64,000 nt of DNA from an uncultured Actinomycetota bacterium (GTDB lineage Bacteria; Actinomycetota; Actinomycetes; Mycobacteriales; SCTD01), in assembly GCA_963726975.1 (NCBI GenBank), contig CAVSEK010000006.1, positions 8,725 through 72,724 of the forward strand, given 5' to 3'. How positions within the stretch are numbered: the stretch's first letter is position 1; the number at the start of each line of letters is the position of its first letter. A program made the translations under genes and the position numbers. Below the pieces are notes generated by a model. The model was not told where the DNA came from and ran no database searches. It was given only the letters and a program-made list of their open reading frames with translations. Shown here piece after piece: positions 1 to 11,148 of this stretch.

Positions 1-547
1 CGGCGAGCCGCTGCGGGCGGCGCAGCGGGCCGGCCTGGGGCTCGGCCTCGTCGGGGTGGGGCTCGTGCTCGCCCCCGGGCTGCTGGGCAGCGGCCGGGTG
101 CCGCTGACCGGCGTGCTGGCCTGCGCGGTGGCGCTGGCGTCCGGGACCGCCGCGACGCTCTACCAGAAGCGGCACGGCGGCGCGGTGCCGCTGGTGCCGG
201 GCACGGCGGTGCAGTACGCCGTCGCGGCCGGCGTGCTCGCCCTCGCCGCGGCCGTCACCGGCGAGTCGCGGATCACCTGGACGGGGGAGTTCGTCGCCGC
301 GCTCGCCTGGCTGGTGGTGGTGCTGTCGATCGGCGCGGTCCTGCTGCTGCTCGCGCTGCTGCGCGAAGGCACCGCGGCGGGGGTGTCGAGCCTGCTCTAC
401 CTCGTGCCGCCGGCGACGGCCGTGGAGGCGCTGCTGCTGTTCGGCGAGCGGCTCGCGGCGCTGTCGGTCGTGGGCATCGCCGTGGCGGCGGCCGGGGTCG
501 CGCTGGTGGTCCGCACGCGCGCCTCCGACCCGCCCGAGCCGGCCTGA
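1..547 (+). CDS. EamA/DMT family transporter, 5'-truncated by window edge
   Basis: The frame of ORF 56..547 is open back to base 1. The translation is consecutive hydrophobic helices (LLYLVPPATAVEALLLFGERL...), typical of the second EamA repeat. TGA at 545-547. Confidence 0.75.
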   Translation, partial: GEPLRAAQRAGLGLGLVGVGLVLAPGLLGSGRVPLTGVLACAVALASGTAATLYQKRHGGAVPLVPGTAVQYAVAAGVLALAAAVTGESRITWTGEFVAALAWLVVVLSIGAVLLLLALLREGTAAGVSSLLYLVPPATAVEALLLFGERLAALSVVGIAVAAAGVALVVRTRASDPPEPA

Positions 548-592
548 CCCGGCTGCGGACAGACTGGCCCTCCCACGACCCGGAGGTGCCGC

Positions 593-1003
593 ATGACCGA
601 CCCGATGACCGGCCCGCCCCGCGGCTTCGACGCGACGATCGGGCTGGAGCTGCTGAGCGCCGACGGGGACGAGGTCGTCGGCCGCTTCCCGATCACGCCC
701 GCGCTGCACCAGCCGTACGGCATCACCCACGGCGGCGTCTACTGCTCGGTCGTGGAGACGACCGCGAGCGTCGGCGGGGCGATGTGGTTCGGCGAGCGCG
801 GCCACGTCGTCGGCGTCAGCAACCACACCAACTTCCTGCGGGCCGTGCGCGAGGGCGTGCTCACCGTGCGGGCGACGCCGGTGCAGCGCGGACGCACGCA
901 GCAGCTGTGGTCGGTCGACGTGCGCGACGAGTCCGACCGCCTCGTCGCCCAGGGCCAGGTCCGCCTCGCCAACATCACGGACGACAAGCAGATCGGCGGC
1001 TGA
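593..1003 (+). CDS. PaaI-family hotdog-fold thioesterase
   Basis: 136-aa ORF with the PaaI-like core ...PYGITHGGVYCSVVETTASVGG... and ...TVRATPVQRGRTQQLWSVDV.... GC3-rich coding pattern. Confidence 0.8.
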   Translation: MTDPMTGPPRGFDATIGLELLSADGDEVVGRFPITPALHQPYGITHGGVYCSVVETTASVGGAMWFGERGHVVGVSNHTNFLRAVREGVLTVRATPVQRGRTQQLWSVDVRDESDRLVAQGQVRLANITDDKQIGG

Positions 1004-1108
1004 GCCTGCCGGACTGCTCACAGCCGGCTCCCAGGGTGTGCACACGCGCCTCCCAGGGGCACGAAGCACGGTGTCGGCATGCAGCGCACAGACGAGCGAG
1101 GACCCGCG

Positions 1109-3241
<2,133 letters not shown>

Positions 3242-3245
<4 letters not shown>

Positions 3246-3292
3246 CAGCGGGTCACCAGGGGGATCATCAGCGGGTCACCAGGGAGATCAGC
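3242..3292. repeat. 23-bp tandem duplication (2 copies, 22/23 identical, plus a partial third) spanning the pirin start codon
   Basis: tcatcagcgggtcaccaggggga (3242-3264) is followed by tcatcagcgggtcaccagggaga (3265-3287) and then tcagc.... Each full copy carries a minus-strand ATG. Confidence 0.75.
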
Positions 3293-6200
3293 AGCCGACG
3301 AGGGCGAGCGTGCTGCCGGTGCGGCCCTTGCGGACGTGCACCTGCGCGGGGATGCGGCTGCGCAGCTCGGCGACGTGCGACACCAGGCCGACGACCCGGC
3401 CGCCCTCCCGCAGCGCGTCGAGCACGTCCATGACCTCCTCGAGGGTGTCCTCGTCGAGGGTGCCGAACCCCTCGTCGACGAAGAGCGCCTCGATGCGGGT
3501 GCCGCCCGCCTCGGCCTGCACCACGTCGGCCAGCCCGAGCGCGAGGGCCAGCGACGCCTGGAACGTCTCCCCGCCGGACAGCGTGGCGGTGTCGCGGTCG
3601 CGCCCGGTCCAGGCGTCGCGCACGAGCAGACCGAGCCCGGAGCGGGCGCCGCCGCGGGCCGCCCCGTCGGTGTGCACGAGGGTGTAGCGGCCCTGCGTCA
3701 TGGACCGCAGGCGGGTGCTCGCGGCTCCGGCGACCTCCTCGAGCCGGGCCGCCAGCACGAACGACGTCAGCGACATCTTGAGCGCGTTGGCCCCGCCGCC
3801 GGCGCACAGGTCGGCGAGCCGGCGGACCGTACGGGCGTGCTCCTGCAGCGGCGCCAGCGCCTCGCGGGCCTGCACGACCCGAGGAGCCAGCAGCGCGACC
3901 TGCTCCTCCCGCGCGGCGGCGGCCGCCTGCACGCCGACCGCGGCCTCGAGCTCCGCGTCGGCCTGCTCGAGGGCGCGGCGGGCGGCGGCCGGGTCGGCCT
4001 GCGGCTCGAGCGGCACGGCGAGCTCGGGGTCGGCGAGGGCGCCGTCGACCTGGGCGCGCCGGTCGTCGTGGGCCCGCCGCGCGCGGACCGCCTCGCTGCG
4101 CCAGGCCTCCGGCCGGCGGGCGGAGCCGGCGGCCGCGGGGTCGGCGAAGCCCGCCTCCCGGGCCGCGGCCGAGGCCGCCGCAGCCGCCCGGACCGCCTCC
4201 TCCCCGGCGCGGACGGCGTGCTCGGCCGCGGCCAGCGCCGCCTCGCAGGCCTGCGCCTCGTGGGCCGCCGCCCGCAGCGCGGCCGCCAGGTCGGGGGCGC
4301 CGTCGAGCTCGGCGGCCAGGCGTGCGTCGAGGCGGGCGGCCCGGGCCTGCGCGTCGTCGTGCCGGCGCGCCGCGGCCGCGCCCTCGGTGCTCGCGCGCAG
4401 GGCGTCGCCCTCGGCGGCCAGCTGCGCGGCCTCGACGTCCTCCGCCTCGGCCAGCGCGGGGACGAGGTCAGCGGCCCGGGCCTCGAGCGCGCGCAGCGCG
4501 TCCTGCGCCGCGGCGCGCTCCGGCGCGAGGCCGTCGGCCCCGTCCGGCCGGTCCAGGGCGGCCAGCCGGCGGCGGTGGGCCTGCTCGGTCGCGGTCGCGG
4601 CGGCCGCCTGGGCGTCGAGCTCGGCGACCCGCCGGTCGGCGGCGTCGGCGGCCTGCCGGGCCCGCTGCTCGTCCTCGCGGGTGACCCCCTCGCTGACGCC
4701 CTCGTACGGGTCGGGGTGGTCGAGCGAGCCGCAGACGACGCAGGGGGCGTCGTCGGCGAGCTGGTCGGCGAGCTCGGCGACCATCGACTCGAGGCGGGCG
4801 GTGCGGACGTCGGTCTCCGCGGCCCGCAGCGCCACCGCCGTCTCCCGGGCCTCGAGCCGCTGCTCGCGCAGGTCGTCCAGCCGGGCGAGCGCGCCCGTCA
4901 GACCGCGCGCCTCGACGAGGGCCTCGTCGAGGCGGGCGAGCTGTGCCCGCGCCTCCGGCAGGACCCGCTCGGCCTCCCGCGCGGCGGCCGCCCGTGCCCC
5001 GGCGGCGGCCCGGCGGCCGGGCAGCTCGGCGAGCACCTCCCGGGCCCGCCGCTCCCGCTCGGCGCAGGACTGCTGCTCCTGCTCCGCCGCGCGCACGACC
5101 TCGCCCTCGGCGAGGCGCTCGCTCGCGACGTCGCGCAGGGCGTCGAGGCGGCCGGACCGCTCACGGGCCCGTCCGGCGGCGGCCCTCAGGTCCGCCGAGG
5201 TCAGGTCGACCGGCAGGCCGGCTGCGGCCAGGCCCGCGCGGGCGGTGGCCTCGGCGGTCGTCGCGGCGGCCCGGGCCTGCTCCCGGGCGACCGCGGCGTC
5301 GAGGACCGCGGCGAGCTCGGCAGCACGGACCGCGGCCTCGAGCTCCGCCGCGAGGGCCTCCTGCTCGGGGCGCCCGGTCTCGAGCTCGGCCTGCGCGGTC
5401 AGCGCCGCCCGTCGGCGGGCCTGCCGGTCGGCGAGCGCGACGGCCGCCTCGTGCTCGCGCCGGGCGCGCTCCCGCACCCGGACCGCCGCCTCCACCTGGG
5501 CCTGCGCCCGGGCGCGCTGCTGCTCGACCCGGTCGACGACGGCGCCCACGACGACCCGCACGCCCGGGCCGCCCTCGACGGGCACGTCGCCGGAGAGGTC
5601 GGCGGGGGGTCGGCGGGGAGGTCAGCGGAGAGGTCGGCGGAGAGGTCGGCGGAGAGGTCGGCGGGGTCGGCGGCCACGTCCTCGACCGTGACCTCGCCCG
5701 CCGTGTCGACCTGCAGCGCGGTGCCGGCGGCCTGGCCGAGCCGACCGGCGAGCACCTCGAGCTCGCCCCGCGCGGCGGCGACCCCGGAGGCGGTGGTCAC
5801 CCGCTGCGCCGCGAGCCAGGCCTCCACCTCGCGGAAGCGCTCGGTGGCGAACAGCCGCTGCAGCAGCTCGCCGCGCTCCTTGCTGTCGGCCCGCAGGAAC
5901 CGCGCGAACTCGCCCTGCGGCAGCAGCACCACCTGGAAGAACTGGTCGGCGCTCATCCCCAGCAGCGGGTCGAGCTCGCCGGCGGCCTCGTCGAGCCGGG
6001 TCGACACGGTCTGCCAGCCGCCCGGGCCCTGCCGCTCCAGCAGCACCCGGGCCTGCTCGGTCGTGGTGCCCCGGCCGCTCTTCTTCGGCCGCTCCTGGGC
6101 CGGGCTGCGGGTGATCCGCCAGCGCCGCCCGCCGAGCGTCACCTCGAGCCGCACCTCGGTGCGCACCGACGGGTCGGCGTGGTCGGAGCGCAGCCGGCCG

Positions 6201-6391
6201 CCGCTGCGGCCGCGCAGGCCCGGGACCCGGCCGTACAGCGCGAAGCCCAGCCCGTCGAGCAGCGTCGTCTTGCCCGCGCCGGTCTCGCCGTGCAGCAGGA
6301 ACAGCCCGCCGGCGGCGAGCCGGTCGAGGTCGACGTCGACGGTGCCGGGGAACGGCCCGAAGGCGGTGAGGACGAGCCGGTGCGGCCTCAC
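3288..6391 (-). pseudogene. sbcC: exonuclease SbcCD subunit C (SMC-like ATPase); one frame break inside an internal 12-bp tandem repeat
   Basis: N-terminus VRPHRLVLTAFGPFPG...LLHGETGAGKTTLLD (Walker A) is in the frame of ORF 5399..6583, with GTG 6391 overlapping the sbcD stop (GTGA). The coiled coil, the CxxC hook (APCVVCGSLDHP) and the C-terminal signature/Walker B (LSGGETF...LFVDEGFG) are in ORF 3288..5585. Confidence 0.88.
5591..5670. repeat. 12-bp tandem repeat cggagaggtcgg x about 7 (encodes ADLS/ADLP units on the minus strand) inside sbcC; one unit is 11 nt
   Basis: Read directly. Units at 5591, 5603 (11 nt: cggggggtcgg), 5614, 5626, 5638 and 5650, plus a truncated unit at 5662. The protein reads ...ADPADLSADLSADLSADLPAD.... 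Confidence 0.9.
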
Positions 6392-7563
6392 GCGGCGGCC
6401 CCGGCCCGGCCCGCCTCCAGCGCCTCGCGCAGCAGGGCCCGCTCCGCCTCGTCCGGCGCGCCCTCGGACGAGCCCGCGCCGCGCACGTGGCGCACGAACT
6501 CCGCCGCCACCTCGAGGTCGTCGCGCCCGGCGACCCGCGCGCCGTACGTGCGGTCGTCCTGCCCCGCGCCCTCGGGCCGCCACTCGAGCACGAGCACGTG
6601 CGGGAAGCGCAGGCGGAGCCGCTCCATCGGGTCGTCGGGGCGCACCGGGTCGGTGAGCACGACCGAGAGCCAGTCGTCGCGCATCGCCTCGTGCTCCGCC
6701 GAGCGCAGGAGGTCGTCGAGGCGGCCCGCCAGCAGCGACAGCCGCCGCGGCACCGGGGCGGGGACCTGCTCCACGCGGACCAGGCCGGTCGCGCCGAGCT
6801 CGACGAGCCAGGAGCCCTTGGCGTGCCCGGCCTCGGAGAACGAGTAGGCCAGCGGCGAGCCGCTGTAGCGCAGGCCCTCGCGCAGCACCTGCGGCCCGTG
6901 CAGGTGGCCGAGGGCGGTGTAGTCGACGCCGTCGAAGACCGACAGCGGCACCTGCCCGACCCCGCCGACGCTGATGTCGCGCTCGCTGTCGCTGGCGCCC
7001 CCGCCGGCGACCCAGGCGTGCGCCAGCACCACCGACCGCGCCCGGCGACCGGCCAGGTCGGCCCGCACGCAGGCCATCGCCCGGCCGAGCACCCCGGCGT
7101 GGCCGCGCGGCTCCTCGGCCCGGCCCTCGGGGTCGGGCGGCAGCACGGTGCGCACCGCCTCGGGCTCGAGGTAGGGCAGGCCGTAGACCGCGACGTCCCC
7201 GTGCTCGTCGGCGAGCAGGACGGGCTCGCCGACCGACTGCGGGCGCGTGCGCACGTGCACGCCGGCGGCGTCGACGAGCCGGGACCCGGAGCCGAGCCGG
7301 GCGGCGGAGTCGTGGTTGCCGCTGGTGAGGACGACCCGGGCGCCCGCCCCGCGCAGCCGCACGAGCGCGTCGTCGTAGAGGGCCACCGCGTCGAGCGAGG
7401 GCACCGCGCGGTCGTGCACGTCACCGGCGACGAGGACCGCGTCGACCCGCTCGGCGCACACGGTCTCGACGAGCGCGTCGAGGAAGGCGGCCTGCGCCTC
7501 GAGCAGGTCGGCCCGGTGCAGGGTGCGCCCGAGGTGCCAGTCGGAGGTGTGGAGCAGCCGCAT
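6388..7563 (-). CDS. sbcD: exonuclease SbcCD subunit D (Mre11-type phosphoesterase)
   Basis: 391-aa intact ORF with MRLLHTSDWHLGR, VLVAGDVHD, GNHD and GHLH metallophosphoesterase motifs. It is translationally coupled to sbcC. Confidence 0.92.
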   Translation of the reverse strand: MRLLHTSDWHLGRTLHRADLLEAQAAFLDALVETVCAERVDAVLVAGDVHDRAVPSLDAVALYDDALVRLRGAGARVVLTSGNHDSAARLGSGSRLVDAAGVHVRTRPQSVGEPVLLADEHGDVAVYGLPYLEPEAVRTVLPPDPEGRAEEPRGHAGVLGRAMACVRADLAGRRARSVVLAHAWVAGGGASDSERDISVGGVGQVPLSVFDGVDYTALGHLHGPQVLREGLRYSGSPLAYSFSEAGHAKGSWLVELGATGLVRVEQVPAPVPRRLSLLAGRLDDLLRSAEHEAMRDDWLSVVLTDPVRPDDPMERLRLRFPHVLVLEWRPEGAGQDDRTYGARVAGRDDLEVAAEFVRHVRGAGSSEGAPDEAERALLREALEAGRAGAAA

Positions 7564-7657
7564 GCCCGCACGGTAGGTGCGGGGTCCGACAGCGCGGCGG
7601 GTGCGGCGTCCTGTCGGTGGGCAGGGCTAGCGTGACCCCGGTCACCGAGGAGGACCC

Positions 7658-9124
7658 GTGCAGCAGCTCACCGGCCTGGACGCCGCGTTCCTGGCCATGG
7701 AGACCTCCGCGGTCTTCGGCCACGTCGGCAGCGTCTGCGTGCTCGACCCGTCGACCTGCCCCGAGCCGCTGACGCTCGAGCGGCTCACCCGGGGGATCGA
7801 GGCGCGGCTGCACCTCATCCCGCCGTTCCGGCGGCGGCTCGTGGAGGTGCCGCTGGGCCTGGACCAGCCGTACTGGATCGAGGACCCCGACTTCGACATC
7901 GAGTTCCACGTCCGCGAGCTGGCCCTGCCCGAGCCCGGCGACGACCGCCAGCTCGCCGAGCAGGCGGCCCGGCTGCACTCCCGCCCCCTCGACCGGCGCC
8001 GCCCGCTGTGGGAGCTCTACCTCGTCCACGGGCTCGCGGGCGGCCGCAAGGCGATCTACACCAAGGTCCACCACGCCGCGATCGACGGCGTCTCCGGCAA
8101 CGACCTGCTCGCCGCCGTCCTCGACCTGACCCCCGAGGGCCGCGAGGAGGAGACGCCCCCGCCGTGGCGCGGCGAGGGCCAGCCGAGCGCCGTGTCGATG
8201 CTCGTGCGCAGCGGGCTGTCGCTCACCGGCCACCCGGTGCGGGCGGCCCGGCTGTCCTACGACCTGCTGCGCGCCGCGCCCGCCCTGGCCAGCTCGGCGC
8301 GGATCCCGGTCGTCGACCGGCTCCTCGGCCGGCACAACGACCGGCACGTCCTGCAGTCCGCCGGGCTGCTCGCCCCGTCGACGCCGTTCAACCGGTCCGT
8401 GAGCCCGCACCGGCGCTGGTCGTTCGTCTCGCTGCCGCTGGCCGACGTCAAGAAGGTCAAGACGGCCGGGCAGTGCACCGTGAACGACGTCGTCATGGCC
8501 CTGTGCGCCGGCGCGCTGCGCCGGTGGCTGCTCGACCACGAGGCGCTGCCCGAGAGCCCGCTCGTCGCCGCGGTGCCCGTCTCGATCCGCACCCAGGAGC
8601 AGAAGGGCACCCACGGCAACCGCGTCTCCACCATGATCGCGCCGATCCCGACCAACCTCGAGGACCCGGCCGAGCGCCTGGCCGCCTGCCACCAGGCGAT
8701 GCGGTCGGCCAAGGACCAGCACGGCGCCCTGCCGGCCGACATGCTCGCCGACGTCGCGCAGTTCGCCATGCCGGCGCTCGCCGGGCAGGCCGCCCGCCTG
8801 GCCGCCCGGGTGCGGCTGCTCGAGCGGGTCAACGCCTTCAACCTGTTCATCAGCAACGTGCCGGGGCCGAGCATCCCGCTGTACTACGCCGGGGCCCGGA
8901 TGCTGGCCTACTACCCGCTGTCCGCCATCGCGGACGGGCAGGGGCTCAACATCACCGTCATGAGCCTGGAGGGCCAGCTGCACTTCGGGCTCATCGCGGA
9001 CCGCGACCTCGTGCCCGACCTCGACGCGATGGCCCGTTACCTCGGCGAGGAGCTCACCGAGCTCGTCACCGCCGTCACGACCACGACCGGCACCCCGACC
9101 CCGGCGGCCGCGGCGCAGGGCTGA
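7658..9124 (+). CDS. wax ester synthase/diacylglycerol acyltransferase (WS/DGAT)
   Basis: 488-aa ORF with the catalytic HHAAIDG motif (HHxxxDG) and an N-terminus LTGLDAAFLAMET typical of the family. GAGGAGGA sits upstream of GTG 7658. Confidence 0.9.
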   Translation: MQQLTGLDAAFLAMETSAVFGHVGSVCVLDPSTCPEPLTLERLTRGIEARLHLIPPFRRRLVEVPLGLDQPYWIEDPDFDIEFHVRELALPEPGDDRQLAEQAARLHSRPLDRRRPLWELYLVHGLAGGRKAIYTKVHHAAIDGVSGNDLLAAVLDLTPEGREEETPPPWRGEGQPSAVSMLVRSGLSLTGHPVRAARLSYDLLRAAPALASSARIPVVDRLLGRHNDRHVLQSAGLLAPSTPFNRSVSPHRRWSFVSLPLADVKKVKTAGQCTVNDVVMALCAGALRRWLLDHEALPESPLVAAVPVSIRTQEQKGTHGNRVSTMIAPIPTNLEDPAERLAACHQAMRSAKDQHGALPADMLADVAQFAMPALAGQAARLAARVRLLERVNAFNLFISNVPGPSIPLYYAGARMLAYYPLSAIADGQGLNITVMSLEGQLHFGLIADRDLVPDLDAMARYLGEELTELVTAVTTTTGTPTPAAAAQG

Positions 9125-9140
9125 GCCCGACGGCCCGCGC

Positions 9141-10133
9141 TCACAGGTCCAGCTGCCACTCCGACCCGCGGCCGACCGGCAGGTAGCCCAGGGCCTCGTT
9201 CACCGCGACCATGTGCGCGTTGCTGTCGGCGTTCCAGGTGCTCACGACCTCGAGCGCCGGCTCGAGCGCCCGCAGCCGCTCGACCATCGTCGCCTTGAGC
9301 AGCATCCCGAGCCGGTGGCCCCGGTGGCCCGCGGCGACCGCCGTGCCCCACTGCCAGGCGTACGCGCCGTCCTCCGCGACCGCGACGTCGGTCAGGCCGG
9401 CCGCGGTCCCGTCCGCGGCCAGCGCCAGCACCGTGTGCATGCGCAGCCCCGCGCCCGCCACGGCCGCGTCGCGGGCGGCCACCCGCGCCGCGTCCCAGCG
9501 CTCGTCGTCGTAGTCCAGCGTCCCGAGCGGTGCGTCGTTGAGCGCCTCCGTCGCCTTCGCCAGCGCACCGCGCAGCTCCGGCGGGGTGGGGCCGACCCAC
9601 GCCTCGAGGCGGTAGCCCGCCGCCGCCCGCTCGGCCTCGGCCCGCAGCGCCCCCACCCGGCTCGGGTCGAGGCGGTCGAGCCGCTGGTGCCGGCGCACGT
9701 CCACCAGCCGGGGGGTCGCGCCGGCCGCCGCGCAGAAGGCCGCCAGCGCGCTGCCCTCCGGCGCCTCGACGACCACCGCCCGGCGCCGCTGCTCCCGGGC
9801 GGCCTGCAGCACGCCGGCCCACAGCGCCCGGCCGGTGCCGCGCCGCCGGTCTCCCGGCGCGACCTGCAGCTCGACGGCGGCCAGGTGCGGGTTGTCGTGC
9901 ACCGGCAGCTCGACCCGGGCCCAGCCGACCGGGTGCCCGTCCTGCTCGGCGAGGAGCAGCCGCACCGGGTCGCCGAACCACGGCGTCAGCGTCTGCGAGC
10001 GCCAGCAGCGCAGCGTCGGCGGCGGCTCGTGCGGCTGGTCCAGCGGGGCGCCGGCGACCACCAGCGGGTACAGGGCGTCCAGCACCGGGCCGAGCTCGGC
10101 CTCGGGCACCACGCGGACGGTCGGCGTGCTCAC
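9141..10133 (-). CDS. GNAT family N-acetyltransferase (two-domain type)
   Basis: This is the 3' part of ORF 9141..11675. The plausible start is GTG 10133 (VSTPTVRVVPEAEL...). GNAT-like segments are ...VELQVAPGDRRRGTGRAL... and ...TAVAAGHRGHRLGMLLKA.... Upstream of 10133 the ORF is arginine-rich shadow sequence. Confidence 0.72.
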   Translation of the reverse strand: MSTPTVRVVPEAELGPVLDALYPLVVAGAPLDQPHEPPPTLRCWRSQTLTPWFGDPVRLLLAEQDGHPVGWARVELPVHDNPHLAAVELQVAPGDRRRGTGRALWAGVLQAAREQRRRAVVVEAPEGSALAAFCAAAGATPRLVDVRRHQRLDRLDPSRVGALRAEAERAAAGYRLEAWVGPTPPELRGALAKATEALNDAPLGTLDYDDERWDAARVAARDAAVAGAGLRMHTVLALAADGTAAGLTDVAVAEDGAYAWQWGTAVAAGHRGHRLGMLLKATMVERLRALEPALEVVSTWNADSNAHMVAVNEALGYLPVGRGSEWQLDL

Positions 10134-10180
10134 CGGCCCACCCTCGCGCACCCCCCGTCGTACGCCCAGCGGTTTTCCGC

Positions 10181-10870
10181 TCAGCCCGTGCCGCGCTGCC
10201 GCGCCGCCGAGCTGCGCAGCAGCAGCGCGATGAGGGCGCCCTGCCAGGCCAGGAACGCCGTCACCAGCAGCGGCCACCAGGTCGCGGCGAAGGCCGCGAC
10301 GGAGGCCCGCGGCAGCAGCAGCACGCCGTAGCCGACGACGACGAACAGCCCCCACAGCGCGAACGCCGCCCGCCGGCAGTGCATCGGCGTGCGGTCGACC
10401 GGCCCGATGCCCAGCGACGACACGTCGTGCGGCGGGTACGCCCGCACCATCTCGCGCACCGAGCGGTAGACCGCGACCTCCGGGTAGTGCTCGGCGAGCG
10501 CCCGCCGGGCCCGCCGGGACGCCCGCGGCTGCCAGCGCACCGGCCGCGGCAGCGCGACCGCCTCGACGCGGGCGCGGGCGGCGCGGAAGCCCCGGTCGCC
10601 GAGGACGACGCGGCCGCTGACCGCCACGACGGCCGTCGCCCCGCCGTACGCCCCCTCGGTGCCGCTCGGGTCGTACCAGCCGTAGAAGCCGCAGGTGCAC
10701 CCGCGGTCGGGGACGTCGTGCTCGCCGCCGACGGTGCAGCGGGCCACGGCGCCGCCCGGCTCCCAGCGCCCCGCGCTCCAGTGCACCGCCGGGTAGAGCC
10801 CGTCCGGCAGCAGCAGGAACTGCCGGTAGCCGCGCAGCTCGCCGGGGACGAGCGCGACCGGGCCGCTCAC
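10181..10870 (-). CDS. hypothetical protein with a Cys/His-containing N-domain and two C-terminal TM helices
   Basis: Start chosen at GTG 10870 (VSGPVALVPGELRGYRQF...). Contains ...CTVGGEHDVPDRGCTCGFYGWYD... and a hydrophobic tail AAFALWGLFVVVGYGVLLL...WWPLLVTAFLAWQGALIALLL. I recognise no family. Confidence 0.55.
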   Translation of the reverse strand: MSGPVALVPGELRGYRQFLLLPDGLYPAVHWSAGRWEPGGAVARCTVGGEHDVPDRGCTCGFYGWYDPSGTEGAYGGATAVVAVSGRVVLGDRGFRAARARVEAVALPRPVRWQPRASRRARRALAEHYPEVAVYRSVREMVRAYPPHDVSSLGIGPVDRTPMHCRRAAFALWGLFVVVGYGVLLLPRASVAAFAATWWPLLVTAFLAWQGALIALLLRSSAARQRGTG

Positions 10871-11148
10871 GCCGGGGTCCGCTCCGGCACCCGCTCCGGC
10901 TCGGGGGCCGGGACCGGGACCGGCACCGCCGGCTCCGGCAGCGGCTCGAACTCGACCTCGCGGCGCTCGGTGCCGATGTCGCCCACGACGACCTCCCCGC
11001 AGTCCTGCCGGGCCCGCGCCCGGGACCCGAGCCTGCCCCTCCGGGCGCCGCGCGTCCACGGGAGGAGCAGCGGGACTGCTCCGGACGGAGCAGCCGTTCG
11101 CCCGACCGGGTGATCCCGAGCCACCGGCGAGCCGTCGACACCTGGGGC

